A DNA stretch of 64,000 bases, from NCBI GenBank assembly GCA_027337125.1, contig GCA_027337125.1_3057.1; one strand, given 5' to 3'. Below the pieces are notes generated by a model. It worked only from the letters and a program-made list of their open reading frames with translations, did not search any database and had not been told where the DNA came from. Shown here piece by piece: positions 38,464 through 49,787 of this stretch. Origin of the DNA: a phage. Positions within the stretch are counted from its first letter, which is position 1. Each line of letters begins with the position of its first letter. Made by a program: the position numbers and the translations under genes.

Positions 38464-41400
38464 TTATTTTAACAATGATTTAACTAATGCTTTAAGTTCT
38501 TCAATTTCTGATTTAAGTTCCGCAATTTCTGCAGTATGCTCATTGATTGCAGCTGTATTTAAACCAATTACACCGTTATAGTTCAAACGAAGTAAAGCTT
38601 CGCCATCAGGGTCACCTTCAACTAATTCAGGCAAAATAGCTTGAACTTCTTGAGCTATCAAACCGGCGTTTGGTTCCCATTTCTGATTACCTTCTTCATC
38701 TAGGCCTCGCTTCTGCATATAAGTGTAACCATTAATTTTTGAAAGCTTCTCAGAAGCATTTTCAAATTTAACTAGGTCCTTTTTGACACGAATATCAGAG
38801 CGGACATAAACATCGCGGACATATGTTGAATAGTTGTCATTCGCCTGAACTAAATGACCATGAGAAATAACTGCTTTGCCAACTTCTGTCCACAAAGCAC
38901 CGTTTGTCTCCCAAAGGCCAGGATGAGAATGATAAGATGAAGACCATGAAGCTATATGCACTCCATTTGCAACCATATTGATTCGGCCGTCACCACCGTG
39001 AACTAATCCAGTATCATTATCACCAATAACAAGACACGGTCCAGTCCACACCGGGTCGCCACCACCAGCTGATAATCTTGCTCCGGTTTTAACCATGTTA
39101 GGAACATACATAACTCCATTGTGGTGAAATTCATAGATAGCTTGTGGGTCAGAACCGTTTTCCTGGTTACCTACACAAATAATACCTTGTGCCCAGTTAT
39201 TAGTAATGCGTCGCATACCAAAATCTACGCCGGAAAAATATCCTTCGTTAGTAATACCAGATTTTCCTTTAATAATAGGATAATAGCAGTCATTGCTGAC
39301 GGATCCAAAATCTACAAATATAGGAGCTTCTAAACCCCATTGGTCACCCCAGGCGCCAGATTTATGCGCAACCCATTGTGTACCGTTTATATGAAGGCGG
39401 TCTCTATTAAAATTAAATGTTCCTTGACCTTGAGGAGAAAGCGATATTTCGCCATTATTTGTTATGTATACACCGCCTTGTGTAATGTAACTATAAAAAC
39501 CTAGACCATTGTCGCCGCCGCCTTTGCCTATATACCAGTTACCTGTACCACCTACATCACTACGGATGTGCGATGAAGCACCCACGCCTGCAGTTAAAAC
39601 AAGGGCATCATTTCCAGCAGATAAAGTCAACTTACCGGTCATCGTATCGCCTTCTTTAGCAACACGAGTAGCTATCGCATCGCGAATATTTGTAGTGTCT
39701 CCCGCAGAAGTAAACGATTTCCAAATATCTGAGAAAATATTACCATTGCGAGCAATAGTAGCTTCACCGCCGCCGACCTGAACGTTATCGGGGAAATTAA
39801 CTGTACCATCAGCATTAAATCTTGATGTATGGCCCTGTGAACCATCTTCTTTCAGATGATGAATAACGAATGTACCCGAATTAATTTCAGTACCTAAAGA
39901 CCAAACGGCTTTACCATTTAAAAACTTCTGTTTAACAATAGGATAATATTTGCTTATAGCATCATCATCAATTTCCTGGAAAATAGGAGCCGCTTGAACA
40001 TATTGAATATCATAACCACCAGCGCCTGCGCCATGACCAGTAAATTTAATATAGCCGTTTGCCGCGAACGTATTGTAACTTGATTGTAAATCTGGAATAG
40101 TAACTTTACCAGTATCTAAAGCTATACTAAACGGGCGAAGTGGACCGATATCACCATTTTTACCTTCACCGTAAGCAGTTGGAATAATATGAAGACTGCC
40201 TTCTGAACGTCTAAAAATGGCTCCGTAATCATTATTCCAAATACGAAGACCATTAACAGCATTTGTAGTGATTTCGCCAAGGGTGTGAACTGCTCGGTCA
40301 ACCCAAATATCCTTTTTTGCAATAATATTTTCGTTAATTGTCTGTTGACCATTTAATACGGCTTCAACTGTATTATCTTTATTTCGTTGAATATAATGCA
40401 TCCATCCAATATCATCAGAAATTTCCATGACATTTTTACGGGTGCCTTCACTTGGATTAGTAAAAGTATTTCCCCAAACAGCTATATACATGTTATCAAC
40501 GGAGCTTTGACCCATGGTATAGCCTTTAAACATTAAAGTTGAATTATTATTTCTACCATCAATATTAACAGAACCGCCAATAACATCAATATTACCTGGA
40601 GTAACTAACAAACCGCCGTGAGTATTAATGTTTGTAGTACCTTTACCGCGGAAATAGTGATGATAATTACCGCCTTGATAATATCCTAAAAGAGTCTGAC
40701 CGTCACCGTATGCGTTATTATCATGGTAAGTAACAACAGTGGCTAATGCATAGTTTTCAGTCGGAGGAGTAGTTAAATCTGTTCCATTAGTAGAATATCC
40801 AGCTACAAATTTTCTTAGGCTAGTTGTTTCGCTAGGGCTAAATAAAAATGTTTTCGTTCCATTATTGACGCTGAAATAATATCCATCCTGATGCCATTTT
40901 AGCCCGGTATCATTATCGCCAAGAGAAATTGAAGCAGTCCCTAATTCAGAGTATCCTTTATTGCCACCAGGAGTACCAACAGAAATAGAATGGCCTGCTT
41001 TCAATCCACCGGACCAGGTAAACGACCAAAGATAGGCATCTAACCCGTCACCGGCGTACCAGGTTATCCCGTCGTTATCTTTAACTTCATGGAATATACC
41101 AGATCCTACGGCATTTCGCATAACACGGAGGTGGTTAATAGCCGTTTCGCTTTCTGCCAATGGAGTGTTATTTGCTAATGAAGATATATCATAATCGCCC
41201 GTCTTCTTCCCATCTGTAATAACTTTATCGGTCAGAATTTGTGGAGACGAAATAGATTTCCATGCTGATACTTCAGGTGAAGTAAATAGGCCACTGCCTG
41301 AAAATGCATAAGTGCTTTCATCACCAGCGGCGTAGTCTTGAACCCTGATATTAAGTACTTGTGTAGTTAAACCATCATTAGCCGGGGCATAAATGATTCC

Positions 41401-41793
41401 GCGTTCGCGACTATTGCCATCGAAAAAACGAACATGTGCTGTACCTGAACTTTTTGTAATAAGTTCACCGCCTTCGGTCATAATCTGCCCGGCGGCAATA
41501 ATATCGCGAGTTACTCGAGCAATACCAGTTAAATTAAAATTACCTGTCTGAGTGAAAGTGCCATTTAAAGTATAATCACCAGTTTGATTATAGTTTCCTG
41601 TATGAATAACATTCCCGTCAATGCTACCGCCTTTAGCAAAACCCAGATCAATAATATTTCCTTGGTCGTCTTTAGTAAAAAGTACGCGGTCTTTTAAGTT
41701 TATAGCCAATTCACCTTCGGCTAATACTGAAGCGGCAGGACGTGCTCCTGCAGTTTTGCTTCTTTTAAATTGTATTTGTTTTAAAGTAGCCAT
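38464..41793 (-). CDS. 37: Long tail fiber distal subunit gp37 with C-terminal intramolecular-chaperone-like domain
   Basis: 1109 aa; N-terminus matches T-even gp37; C-terminal RSDIRVKKD motif and coiled-coil tail resemble autoproteolytic chaperone domains. Confidence 0.9.
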   Translation of the reverse strand: MATLKQIQFKRSKTAGARPAASVLAEGELAINLKDRVLFTKDDQGNIIDLGFAKGGSIDGNVIHTGNYNQTGDYTLNGTFTQTGNFNLTGIARVTRDIIAAGQIMTEGGELITKSSGTAHVRFFDGNSRERGIIYAPANDGLTTQVLNIRVQDYAAGDESTYAFSGSGLFTSPEVSAWKSISSPQILTDKVITDGKKTGDYDISSLANNTPLAESETAINHLRVMRNAVGSGIFHEVKDNDGITWYAGDGLDAYLWSFTWSGGLKAGHSISVGTPGGNKGYSELGTASISLGDNDTGLKWHQDGYYFSVNNGTKTFLFSPSETTSLRKFVAGYSTNGTDLTTPPTENYALATVVTYHDNNAYGDGQTLLGYYQGGNYHHYFRGKGTTNINTHGGLLVTPGNIDVIGGSVNIDGRNNNSTLMFKGYTMGQSSVDNMYIAVWGNTFTNPSEGTRKNVMEISDDIGWMHYIQRNKDNTVEAVLNGQQTINENIIAKKDIWVDRAVHTLGEITTNAVNGLRIWNNDYGAIFRRSEGSLHIIPTAYGEGKNGDIGPLRPFSIALDTGKVTIPDLQSSYNTFAANGYIKFTGHGAGAGGYDIQYVQAAPIFQEIDDDAISKYYPIVKQKFLNGKAVWSLGTEINSGTFVIHHLKEDGSQGHTSRFNADGTVNFPDNVQVGGGEATIARNGNIFSDIWKSFTSAGDTTNIRDAIATRVAKEGDTMTGKLTLSAGNDALVLTAGVGASSHIRSDVGGTGNWYIGKGGGDNGLGFYSYITQGGVYITNNGEISLSPQGQGTFNFNRDRLHINGTQWVAHKSGAWGDQWGLEAPIFVDFGSVSNDCYYPIIKGKSGITNEGYFSGVDFGMRRITNNWAQGIICVGNQENGSDPQAIYEFHHNGVMYVPNMVKTGARLSAGGGDPVWTGPCLVIGDNDTGLVHGGDGRINMVANGVHIASWSSSYHSHPGLWETNGALWTEVGKAVISHGHLVQANDNYSTYVRDVYVRSDIRVKKDLVKFENASEKLSKINGYTYMQKRGLDEEGNQKWEPNAGLIAQEVQAILPELVEGDPDGEALLRLNYNGVIGLNTAAINEHTAEIAELKSEIEELKALVKSLLK

Positions 41794-41801
41794 AAGTCCT
41801 C

Positions 41802-42458
41802 TTAATAATAGCCGAAATCTTGAACAGAATCCTTAATAACAATTTGATCAAATCGTGGAACATGCGAAGGTTGAGATGCAGGATTCTGTGAAAAAAGGTT
41901 TGGCGCAGTTAAATTTCCTGTCATAGTATCTCCAGAGCGTAATACTCTAGAGTTTGCGTTTGCTGTAACAATATTTATTGCTCCATCAACATAATCTTTC
42001 CTTGTAAGGTCATAATTATTTACTGGAGATAATGAAGCTGCGCGTATTTGTGATGCTTCAATTACACCCTTTGAGCTAATATCTCCATTTCGCGTGTTAA
42101 TTACTACAGTTCTACCTGCTGTTCCTTGTGATGATTTAAAACCAATACCATACCACGAAACAATATCCATATTTGTAGTATCAAATGTTGCTCCATCATC
42201 ATTACCAGGATATATACCATTTCCAGAATTACTTGCTAATGGAATCGTTATTCCATTATTAAAAATTACTCTATTTAAATAAGTACCACCATTAGCTTTA
42301 GAAACGAAATCGTTATCAGCAGCTTGTGGTTTATTGTATTCTGAATATATTTTAAATGATTTATAGAGTACATCGTCACCGGCTGGATTCAATGGAAAAT
42401 TTCCTTGATGCCAAATGACAGAGCCTCCAGTTGTTGAACCTACTTTTAAATCAGCCAT
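41802..42458 (-). CDS. 36: Long tail fiber hinge protein gp36
   Basis: 218 aa; matches T4 gp36. Confidence 0.9.
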   Translation of the reverse strand: MADLKVGSTTGGSVIWHQGNFPLNPAGDDVLYKSFKIYSEYNKPQAADNDFVSKANGGTYLNRVIFNNGITIPLASNSGNGIYPGNDDGATFDTTNMDIVSWYGIGFKSSQGTAGRTVVINTRNGDISSKGVIEASQIRAASLSPVNNYDLTRKDYVDGAINIVTANANSRVLRSGDTMTGNLTAPNLFSQNPASQPSHVPRFDQIVIKDSVQDFGYY

Positions 42459-42482
42459 TGTATGCCCCTTTATTTTAATAGT

Positions 42483-42490
42483 ATTTATAA
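42483..42490 (-). promoter_or_regulatory. Late promoter TATAAATA for gene 36
   Basis: Exact octamer on - strand between 35 and 36. Confidence 0.65.
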
Positions 42491-42496
42491 AGAAAA

Positions 42497-42516
42497 AGGG
42501 AACCCGAAGGCTCCCT
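42497..42516 (-). terminator. UUCG hairpin plus U-rich tract after gene 35 (AGGGAGCC-UUCG-GGUUCCCU)
   Basis: 8-bp stem with one G-U pair on - strand RNA, followed by UUUUCUUU. Confidence 0.6.
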
Positions 42517-42520
42517 CAAT

Positions 42521-43639
42521 TTAAACTTCTCTAAATTCTTGTCCAAACACTTTACCAGTTTTAGACGATGCTTGTGTAGGAAGTACCATTATGTCCGGAG
42601 GTGAAGCAGATTCACAGACATAATTAACTCGAATACCATTAACGCCAAATTCAGCAGGTTTAGAAATACCTCCATTTCTTGACACTTCAGAAAAGCTTAA
42701 ATTTCTCATACCGCCTTGACCAGCTTGTGCAGTTCTTTGTGCGTATATCGTAAATCCTACTGCGTTTTCTGGAATAACTACATAATCTTCCTTTAATTCC
42801 CATGACCCAGCTTGTCCAGTAAACTCAGCATGTGTTGAGGAAATATATCCATTCGACTCATCATAAAATCTAATAGATATATTCGTAGTTCCAAGAGCGA
42901 GTAAATCTGCATCAGCATATAGTTGTGCTTTAAGATAAAGCACATCGCCTGGAATTAAATTATAATCAGATAATTTACTTATAGCAGCTGAAGTTGGTAG
43001 ACGCGCAATTTCGTTATTAGTTCCACCAACCGCTGACATAAATTGCTCCACGCTTTCATATGTTCTTTTAGGAAATCCCGTAGCTCCAACGTCTTCTAAA
43101 CTATCAAATACAACATCTAAAATAGTTTGATAATCATCTGTGCTTTTTCTATTGCTCAGTTTAACATGCTCTAATGCAATAGCTCTTTTAGAAGAAGTGT
43201 AAAAAGCAGCATATGATACGTCAAATCTTGACAATACAGAATCAGATGGAAAAGCAGACGTTCCTGCGGTTCTTATCCAAGATACTACCTCAGGAGGAAA
43301 ATTAACTTTTCCGTTAGTTAATATAGCAACAAGTCTATTATTCGTCAAAGAGTTCATGAAACTAACAAAAGCAGCTGATGTAGTATCATTTGAAGTCGAA
43401 AAAGCATATGACTTACTATCAACTAATGCACCGGTGGAAGGATCAAAAACTCTTAAATGAAGACCCGCGCTAAATGTTTGACTTCCGACAGGATTATCCT
43501 GAAATTTAACGTATGGTCCTTCTGCAGTAGAAAGCGGGCAAGAACCCGCTATACTTATTTTATATCTTACTGAATTACTTTCCGATAAAAATGGCGTTTG
43601 GACATATCCTTGTCCAAACTCTGCCATAAATTTTTCCAT
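42521..43639 (-). CDS. 35: Long tail fiber proximal connector gp35
   Basis: 372 aa; matches T4 gp35. Confidence 0.9.
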   Translation of the reverse strand: MEKFMAEFGQGYVQTPFLSESNSVRYKISIAGSCPLSTAEGPYVKFQDNPVGSQTFSAGLHLRVFDPSTGALVDSKSYAFSTSNDTTSAAFVSFMNSLTNNRLVAILTNGKVNFPPEVVSWIRTAGTSAFPSDSVLSRFDVSYAAFYTSSKRAIALEHVKLSNRKSTDDYQTILDVVFDSLEDVGATGFPKRTYESVEQFMSAVGGTNNEIARLPTSAAISKLSDYNLIPGDVLYLKAQLYADADLLALGTTNISIRFYDESNGYISSTHAEFTGQAGSWELKEDYVVIPENAVGFTIYAQRTAQAGQGGMRNLSFSEVSRNGGISKPAEFGVNGIRVNYVCESASPPDIMVLPTQASSKTGKVFGQEFREV

Positions 43640-43647
43640 AATACCTC

Positions 43648-46600
43648 TTATTCAACCCATTCAAATTTAACCGTTTTATTCACTGGGTCAGGAATAATGC
43701 GAACATTACCAATTCGTAAGAAATCACGAATAGTAAGATTCCCCATTATAGCATTATCAGATGGTAAAGCACCGATATCAGACGGCTGAGGAGGGTTACC
43801 CCCATCAAATACCTGAACAAAACTTGACCAAGAGTTTTTGGTTTTCTGCCATGTGCGCGTCCAGCGAGTGGTGCGCGCTTCTGGGGTCGTTGGATAAGTA
43901 ATCCAATCTTGATAAAGCGAATCGAGTGTGTTACCAAACTGAGTCAATGTACCAGGAGATTTAACTTCTTCGCCACGTTCTAAGTATGGAAGTCCAGTCA
44001 CTTCATTAGTCTTTTCAACCATCTTAAAATAACCCGGGAACTGGTTATAAGTGGCTGAATCATTAATATCGATTGACCAGAATCCTACAGTATCAGATGT
44101 TGGCGCACGAGTATATAAATCAGAGGTTTTAGTGCCTTGAGAACGAATTCTCGAGTTGACAGTTAAACCACCTGAAGTTATAGTAGCACCTTTGGCAATG
44201 ATTAAGCTTTCACCAATTGTAACCTGACCAGATTGATTATTAATTGATAATGGACGTAATCCATTAAATCCACCAGTCTGATCACCAGATGCAGTAAGCA
44301 TAAAATAGGTGTTAGCAGCATCATTACGAATAAAGAATCCATAATCACCGTTTATTGCTCTAAAAGCATTCGACGATTTACTGATAAATTCGCCATTAGC
44401 AGTAACTGAACTACCGAATGTTGCAACGCCGTTCGCGTTCAAAGAACCTAAAGCATTCACATTTATTGGCATTACAGTACCATTAATGCTAAATGCTATA
44501 TTACCATCCGTATCGCGTTGAGAATAAAAGTGATAAGATGTTTCATCACTAACTTCAAATACGGTAGAACGTGTTGTGTTTGATTCCCCGCTAAATTGAT
44601 TCCCCCACACGCTGACTGTCATCGTTTGAGCCGGGTTCGTTCCAGTTTGAGGTCCTTTCTCAAAAATCAGACGAGTTGCTGTTCCATCAGTATTAGAAAT
44701 GGTTAGTGTACTATTTGCTGAAACTGATCCACCAAACGTAGCAGTACTAGATGATACAAGAGGGGCACCCAGATTCGTTTGTTGGGTTAAGGTTAGTGAA
44801 CCATTAACCGTTTGTGCAATATCCCTACGAATGAACTGAGATGAATTTAGACCATCCAGTAAATTACTATCTACGGCTTTTGCTTTTAACGGCAAATAAT
44901 TTGCTAATACACGGTTTAATTCATATGGCGATACTGCATAGCTATTTTTCTCGTATAATTCTAATGACTGGGTTGAACCAACTGTATCATTACCAACGAA
45001 TGTAATTGAACCAGATGAAGTTTTAACAAAACCTCTTACCAGGGTAGTAGCTGCCCAAGTAGGTTCACTCTGTACAATCCATTTTAAATTTTTTGGAGAT
45101 ACAGCAGTGTTCGCTGACGTTCCAGTCACAGTTTCAGACTGGGTTGCAACTTTAATAACACCTTCTTGTGCTTCGGTAGATTTAGTACCTAAAAGCTTTT
45201 TAGGAGTTATTAAAACATTATCTAATATTCCTGCAGCAGCTTCAACTTGTGTAGCTACACGAAGTGTACCACGTTGTGTCTCATTTGCTTCAAGAATATT
45301 AAGGGTATAATGGTCCCAGAGAGTTCCTGATTCAACTAATCCAGATAGAGCAACAACAGAAGTACGATCAGTACTATTAAATCTGGTTTTAATTTTTAAT
45401 GGTGTAGAGATACGAGTATCATCGACGCCTGCGTCGAATTCAACTTGTGTAGCAATTTCAGCTATACCACTTAAACTTTCAGTTGCTCTACGGTCATTTA
45501 AAGTTTTAGGAGTGACTGCACGAGTATAATCAGTTCCTGTATTAACTTCACTTTGCGTAGCAATTTCAATTAAACCAATTCTTGCATCAGTTGATGTCTT
45601 TTTATGTAACGTTTCTGGTGTTACAACCGCATTTGCCCATCCTTCTTGGCTTTGTCCAGCAATTACTTCACTTTCAACTGCTAAAATTACTGCACCTTGT
45701 TGTGTTGGAGTAGCTTTATACTGATCCAAAGCTTTAGGCGAAACAACTAAATTATTAGTGTTTTTATTATAAACGTTTGTACCATTTAATTCACGACTAG
45801 AAGCTGGAGTAGCTCCTGCGGTAGATACAAAGGTTACAATACCAGATAATGATTCAGAACCCTGACGAGCTTGAAGCTTTTTAGGAGTGATGATTGTAGT
45901 ATCATCAGTACCTGCATTAGTTTCTTGCTGCGTAGCAATTTCAGCGACACCTCTACGAGTTTCTGTAGCAGTTCTTTCATTCAGCTTTTTAGGGGTGATG
46001 ATAAGGTCATCAGCAAAAGAGAATGTGGTGTTCTGATTCACTTGAGCAGTTGTTGCTATTCTTGCAATACCTCTACGAGTTTCTGTAGCAGTACGATTAG
46101 CTAACGTTTCTGGAGTAATTGCCAATTCTTTTTGCGGAGAATTTTCTAAATCGGCATTAGCTTGAGCTTGTGTAGCTAAAGCAATTACGCCTAATCTCGC
46201 TCTAGTAGAATCATTTAAAGAATCAACTCTTTCTACAGTTGGAACGTTTTGCTGTACAACCCAGTATTTTCCATCAGAATCTTCTATATAAGCAAGCTCT
46301 AAAACTGGAACATAATTAGTTTCACCGTTAAAAACTAATTCTTGAACTGTAACCCACTCAGCTTCAGGCGGATATTCTGAGCGTTTTGGGAATTGCAGCA
46401 ATTGAACTGAAGAAGCAATTTTATCTTCATCAGCAGCTTTGATTTTAACTGTTTGTCCTTTTCTCATGTAATTCATGGAAATTTTAACAGTATCGCCAAT
46501 GGAAATATCGGTCGGAAGCTGAAGTTCAATTGTTTGAGTTGTTCCATTATTCGCACCAAATACCATAACTTCTTCGTTTGGACGAATATTAGAATTAGTT

Positions 46601-47520
46601 GTTATAACGCGTAAACGTGCTTTACTATCCCCGTCAAATAATCTCCATAATTTCTCATTATCATCATACATCAAGAAACCATCAATAGATGTACGGCCTT
46701 CAATGGAATGAGTTCCATCTTCTTGTACTGATGTAGTTTCATCATATGTAGTAACAATTGTATGATAAAGAGGATTTAATTTATCTAAATCAACGAAATT
46801 AATAATATCGCCATGATTAGCAAATCTCGGAAGTTTAATATTTATCGGTGCAGCAGAAGTAAATCTGCGCACGATAAAATCGTTTGACTGCGCCTGGTAG
46901 AGACTTGCTGGCGTCACAACTACCGCTTCTCTGCTATAATCAGCCACATACATTTGCCACAGACGATTACTAAAAATTAAAACTATCTGTGATTTTGGAT
47001 GGGTCATTAGTACTGATCGTACTTGTTCGCCTCTAAAGTTTACAATACTTTGCACTGGAGCTACAATTAAAACTTGGTTAACTCCCGGTTTTCCTCCAAT
47101 ATCTTGGAGAACGATAGTATCACCATCAATTGGAGAAGATGGCAAAGTAAATGTAATGTCATTACCAGCTGCGGTGTTAACTGAAATTGATTCACCTGAT
47201 TTTAATTGATACGGTCCTGATGAAACAGTTGTCCAATTTGCATCAGTACGTAATGCTCTCCATCGTACGCTATTAAAAGCTCCTGCTGGTTTTGGAATAT
47301 CATTTATAGCAGCCCAAAAACGGTTATCATAAATGATTACAAAATCTTTTAAATATCCACGAGTTGGATCATATTGTTGAACTGTGTTTTCTTGAATTAA
47401 GTAATCAACGTTAACACCGTCAGTTCCTACGGTACGATCAGCTAAAGCTACATTGATTACTTTATCGCCACCTGCGTCCAGACCGTCTTCTGCTCTGAAC
47501 TTTCTTTTAATCTCGGCCAT
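43648..47520 (-). CDS. 34: Long tail fiber proximal subunit gp34
   Basis: 1290 aa; matches T4 gp34. Confidence 0.93.
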   Translation of the reverse strand: MAEIKRKFRAEDGLDAGGDKVINVALADRTVGTDGVNVDYLIQENTVQQYDPTRGYLKDFVIIYDNRFWAAINDIPKPAGAFNSVRWRALRTDANWTTVSSGPYQLKSGESISVNTAAGNDITFTLPSSPIDGDTIVLQDIGGKPGVNQVLIVAPVQSIVNFRGEQVRSVLMTHPKSQIVLIFSNRLWQMYVADYSREAVVVTPASLYQAQSNDFIVRRFTSAAPINIKLPRFANHGDIINFVDLDKLNPLYHTIVTTYDETTSVQEDGTHSIEGRTSIDGFLMYDDNEKLWRLFDGDSKARLRVITTNSNIRPNEEVMVFGANNGTTQTIELQLPTDISIGDTVKISMNYMRKGQTVKIKAADEDKIASSVQLLQFPKRSEYPPEAEWVTVQELVFNGETNYVPVLELAYIEDSDGKYWVVQQNVPTVERVDSLNDSTRARLGVIALATQAQANADLENSPQKELAITPETLANRTATETRRGIARIATTAQVNQNTTFSFADDLIITPKKLNERTATETRRGVAEIATQQETNAGTDDTTIITPKKLQARQGSESLSGIVTFVSTAGATPASSRELNGTNVYNKNTNNLVVSPKALDQYKATPTQQGAVILAVESEVIAGQSQEGWANAVVTPETLHKKTSTDARIGLIEIATQSEVNTGTDYTRAVTPKTLNDRRATESLSGIAEIATQVEFDAGVDDTRISTPLKIKTRFNSTDRTSVVALSGLVESGTLWDHYTLNILEANETQRGTLRVATQVEAAAGILDNVLITPKKLLGTKSTEAQEGVIKVATQSETVTGTSANTAVSPKNLKWIVQSEPTWAATTLVRGFVKTSSGSITFVGNDTVGSTQSLELYEKNSYAVSPYELNRVLANYLPLKAKAVDSNLLDGLNSSQFIRRDIAQTVNGSLTLTQQTNLGAPLVSSSTATFGGSVSANSTLTISNTDGTATRLIFEKGPQTGTNPAQTMTVSVWGNQFSGESNTTRSTVFEVSDETSYHFYSQRDTDGNIAFSINGTVMPINVNALGSLNANGVATFGSSVTANGEFISKSSNAFRAINGDYGFFIRNDAANTYFMLTASGDQTGGFNGLRPLSINNQSGQVTIGESLIIAKGATITSGGLTVNSRIRSQGTKTSDLYTRAPTSDTVGFWSIDINDSATYNQFPGYFKMVEKTNEVTGLPYLERGEEVKSPGTLTQFGNTLDSLYQDWITYPTTPEARTTRWTRTWQKTKNSWSSFVQVFDGGNPPQPSDIGALPSDNAIMGNLTIRDFLRIGNVRIIPDPVNKTVKFEWVE

Positions 47521-47554
47521 TCTCCCGGGCTCCTATTGTGTTTTCAATAATAAG

Positions 47555-47562
47555 TATTTATA
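47555..47562 (-). promoter_or_regulatory. Late promoter TATAAATA for gene 34
   Basis: Exact octamer on - strand about 35 nt upstream of gene 34 ATG. Confidence 0.7.
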
Positions 47563-47565
47563 CTT

Positions 47566-47595
47566 GTTTACTTTAAGATTTGGATGGTATATAAT
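47566..47595 (+). promoter_or_regulatory. Early promoter for rnh (GTTTAC 47566-47571, -10 TATAAT 47590-47595), divergent from and overlapping the gene 34 late promoter
   Basis: 18-bp spacer; extended TGGTATATAAT. Confidence 0.6.
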
Positions 47596-47624
47596 AGAAA
47601 TCTCACTAATTGAACGAGGTTCAT

Positions 47625-48542
47625 ATGGATTTAGAAATGATGCTGGATGAAGATTACAAAGAAGGAATTTGCTTAATTGACTTTAGTCAAATTGCGCTTT
47701 CAACTGCTTTGGTAAACTTCCCAGATAAAGAAAAAATTAATTTATCAATGGTTCGTCATTTGATATTGAACTCAATTAAGTTTAATGTCAAAAAAGCAAA
47801 AACTCTTGGATACACTAAAATTGTACTGTGTATCGATAACGCGAAATCTGGATACTGGCGTCGTGATTTCGCTTATTACTATAAGAAAAACCGTGGAAAA
47901 GCACGAGAAGAATCTACTTGGGATTGGGAAGGTTATTTTGAATCCAGTCATAAAGTTATAGATGAATTGAAAGCTTATATGCCATACATTGTTATGGATA
48001 TTGATAAGTATGAAGCAGATGACCACATTGCTGTGCTTGTTAAAAAGTTCTCTTTAGAAGGACATAAGATTTTAATCATTTCATCGGATGGCGACTTTAC
48101 TCAACTTCACAAATATCCAAATGTTAAGCAATGGTCTCCGATGCATAAGAAATGGGTTAAAATTAAAAGTGGTTCTGCTGAAATTGACTGTATGACTAAA
48201 ATCCTTAAAGGCGACAAAAAGGATAACGTTGCTTCAGTTAAAGTACGATCTGACTTTTGGTTTACCAGAGTTGAAGGTGAACGAACTCCTTCAATGAAAA
48301 CTTCAATCGTTGAAGCTATTGCTAATGACCGTGAGCAAGCTAAGGTGCTTCTCACAGAATCTGAATATAATCGTTATAAAGAAAATTTAGTTCTAATTGA
48401 TTTTGATTATATTCCTGATAATATTGCTTCAAACATTGTGAATTATTATAATTCATATAAATTACCACCGCGTGGCAAAATTTATTCATATTTTGTAAAA
48501 GCGGGTCTTTCTAAATTAACTAATAGCATTAATGAATTTTGA
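47625..48542 (+). CDS. rnh: RNase H (5'-3' exonuclease, FEN-1 family)
   Basis: 305 aa from ATG 47625 (MDLEMMLDEDYKEG) matching T4 RNase H. Confidence 0.92.
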   Translation: MDLEMMLDEDYKEGICLIDFSQIALSTALVNFPDKEKINLSMVRHLILNSIKFNVKKAKTLGYTKIVLCIDNAKSGYWRRDFAYYYKKNRGKAREESTWDWEGYFESSHKVIDELKAYMPYIVMDIDKYEADDHIAVLVKKFSLEGHKILIISSDGDFTQLHKYPNVKQWSPMHKKWVKIKSGSAEIDCMTKILKGDKKDNVASVKVRSDFWFTRVEGERTPSMKTSIVEAIANDREQAKVLLTESEYNRYKENLVLIDFDYIPDNIASNIVNYYNSYKLPPRGKIYSYFVKAGLSKLTNSINEF

Positions 48543-48550
48543 GGTGAATA

Positions 48551-48820
48551 ATGGCTAAAAAAGAAATGGTTGAATTTGATGAAGCTATCCATGGCGAAGA
48601 CTTGGCTAAATTTATTAAAGAAGCATCTGATCATAAACTGAAAATTTCTGGTTATAATGAATTGATTAAAGATATTCGAATTCGTGCTAAAGATGAACTC
48701 GGTGTTGATGGTAAGATGTTTAATCGTCTATTAGCTTTGTATCATAAAGATAATCGTGATGTGTTTGAAGCTGAAACTGAAGAGGTAGTTGAACTTTATG
48801 ACACAGTTTTCTCTAAATGA
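48551..48820 (+). CDS. dsbA: DsbA double-stranded DNA-binding late transcription enhancer
   Basis: 89 aa; matches T4 DsbA. Confidence 0.88.
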   Translation: MAKKEMVEFDEAIHGEDLAKFIKEASDHKLKISGYNELIKDIRIRAKDELGVDGKMFNRLLALYHKDNRDVFEAETEEVVELYDTVFSK

Positions 48821-49136
48821 TATTCGTCCGGTCGATGAGGCCGGTCTTTCAGAAAAAGAACTTTCAATTAAGAAAGAAAAGGATGAAATAGCAAAGCTTC
48901 TTGATCGTCAAGAAAATGGATTTATTATTGAAAAAATGGTAGAAGAGTTTGGAATGAGTTATCTTGAAGCTACAACAGCATTCTTAGAAGAAAATTCTAT
49001 TCCTGAAACTCAATTTGCTAAATTTATTCCTTCGGGTATAATTGAAAAAATTCAGTCAGAAGCTATTGACGAAAATCTTTTACGTCCTTCTGTTGTTCGT
49101 TGTGAAAAAACTAATACATTAGATTTTCTACTATGA
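48798..49136 (+). CDS. 33: gp33 late transcription co-activator
   Basis: 112 aa from ATG 48798 (MTQFSLNDIRP) matching T4 gp33. Confidence 0.9.
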   Translation: MTQFSLNDIRPVDEAGLSEKELSIKKEKDEIAKLLDRQENGFIIEKMVEEFGMSYLEATTAFLEENSIPETQFAKFIPSGIIEKIQSEAIDENLLRPSVVRCEKTNTLDFLL

Positions 49137-49786
49137 TTAAACTCCGCATGCCTGCTGGTGGTGAAAGATACATTGATGGTAAATCAGTTTATAAATTATA
49201 CTTAATGATAAAACAACATATGAATGGAAAGTATGATGTAATTAAGTATAATTGGTGCATGCGGGTGTCTGATGCCGCTTATCAAAAGCGAAGGGATAAG
49301 TATTTTTTCCAGAAGTTATCAGAAAAATATAAATTAAAGGAACTTGCTTTAATCTTTATAAGCAATCTTGTTGCTAACCAAGATGCTTGGATTGGTGACA
49401 TCTCTGACGCTGATGCACTTGTGTTTTATCGTGAATATATCGGACGCTTAAAGCAAATTAAATTTAAGTTTGAAGAAGATATTCGCAACATTTATTATTT
49501 TAGTAAAAAAGTTGAAGTTTCTGCTTTTAAAGAAATCTTTGAGTATAATCCAAAAGTCCAATCAAGTTATATTTTTAAACTACTTCAATCGAATATAATT
49601 TCGTTTGAGACGTTTATCTTGCTTGATTCGTTTTTAAATATAATCGATAAACATGATGAACAGACTGATAATTTAGTCTGGAATAATTATTCTATAAAGT
49701 TAAAGGCTTATAGAAAAATTTTAAATATTGATTCACAGAAAGCTAAAAGTGTTTTTATTGAAACTGTGAAATCTTGTAAGTATTGA
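49133..49786 (+). CDS. 59: gp59 helicase loader
   Basis: 217 aa; matches T4 gp59. Confidence 0.92.
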   Translation: MIKLRMPAGGERYIDGKSVYKLYLMIKQHMNGKYDVIKYNWCMRVSDAAYQKRRDKYFFQKLSEKYKLKELALIFISNLVANQDAWIGDISDADALVFYREYIGRLKQIKFKFEEDIRNIYYFSKKVEVSAFKEIFEYNPKVQSSYIFKLLQSNIISFETFILLDSFLNIIDKHDEQTDNLVWNNYSIKLKAYRKILNIDSQKAKSVFIETVKSCKY

Positions 49787-49787
49787 T

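Noticed and set aside
39121-39781. + strand ORFs of 70 and 90 aa inside gene 37
   Set aside because: Antisense to a well-supported 1109-aa tail-fiber gene; Pro/Ser-rich translation; no start context.
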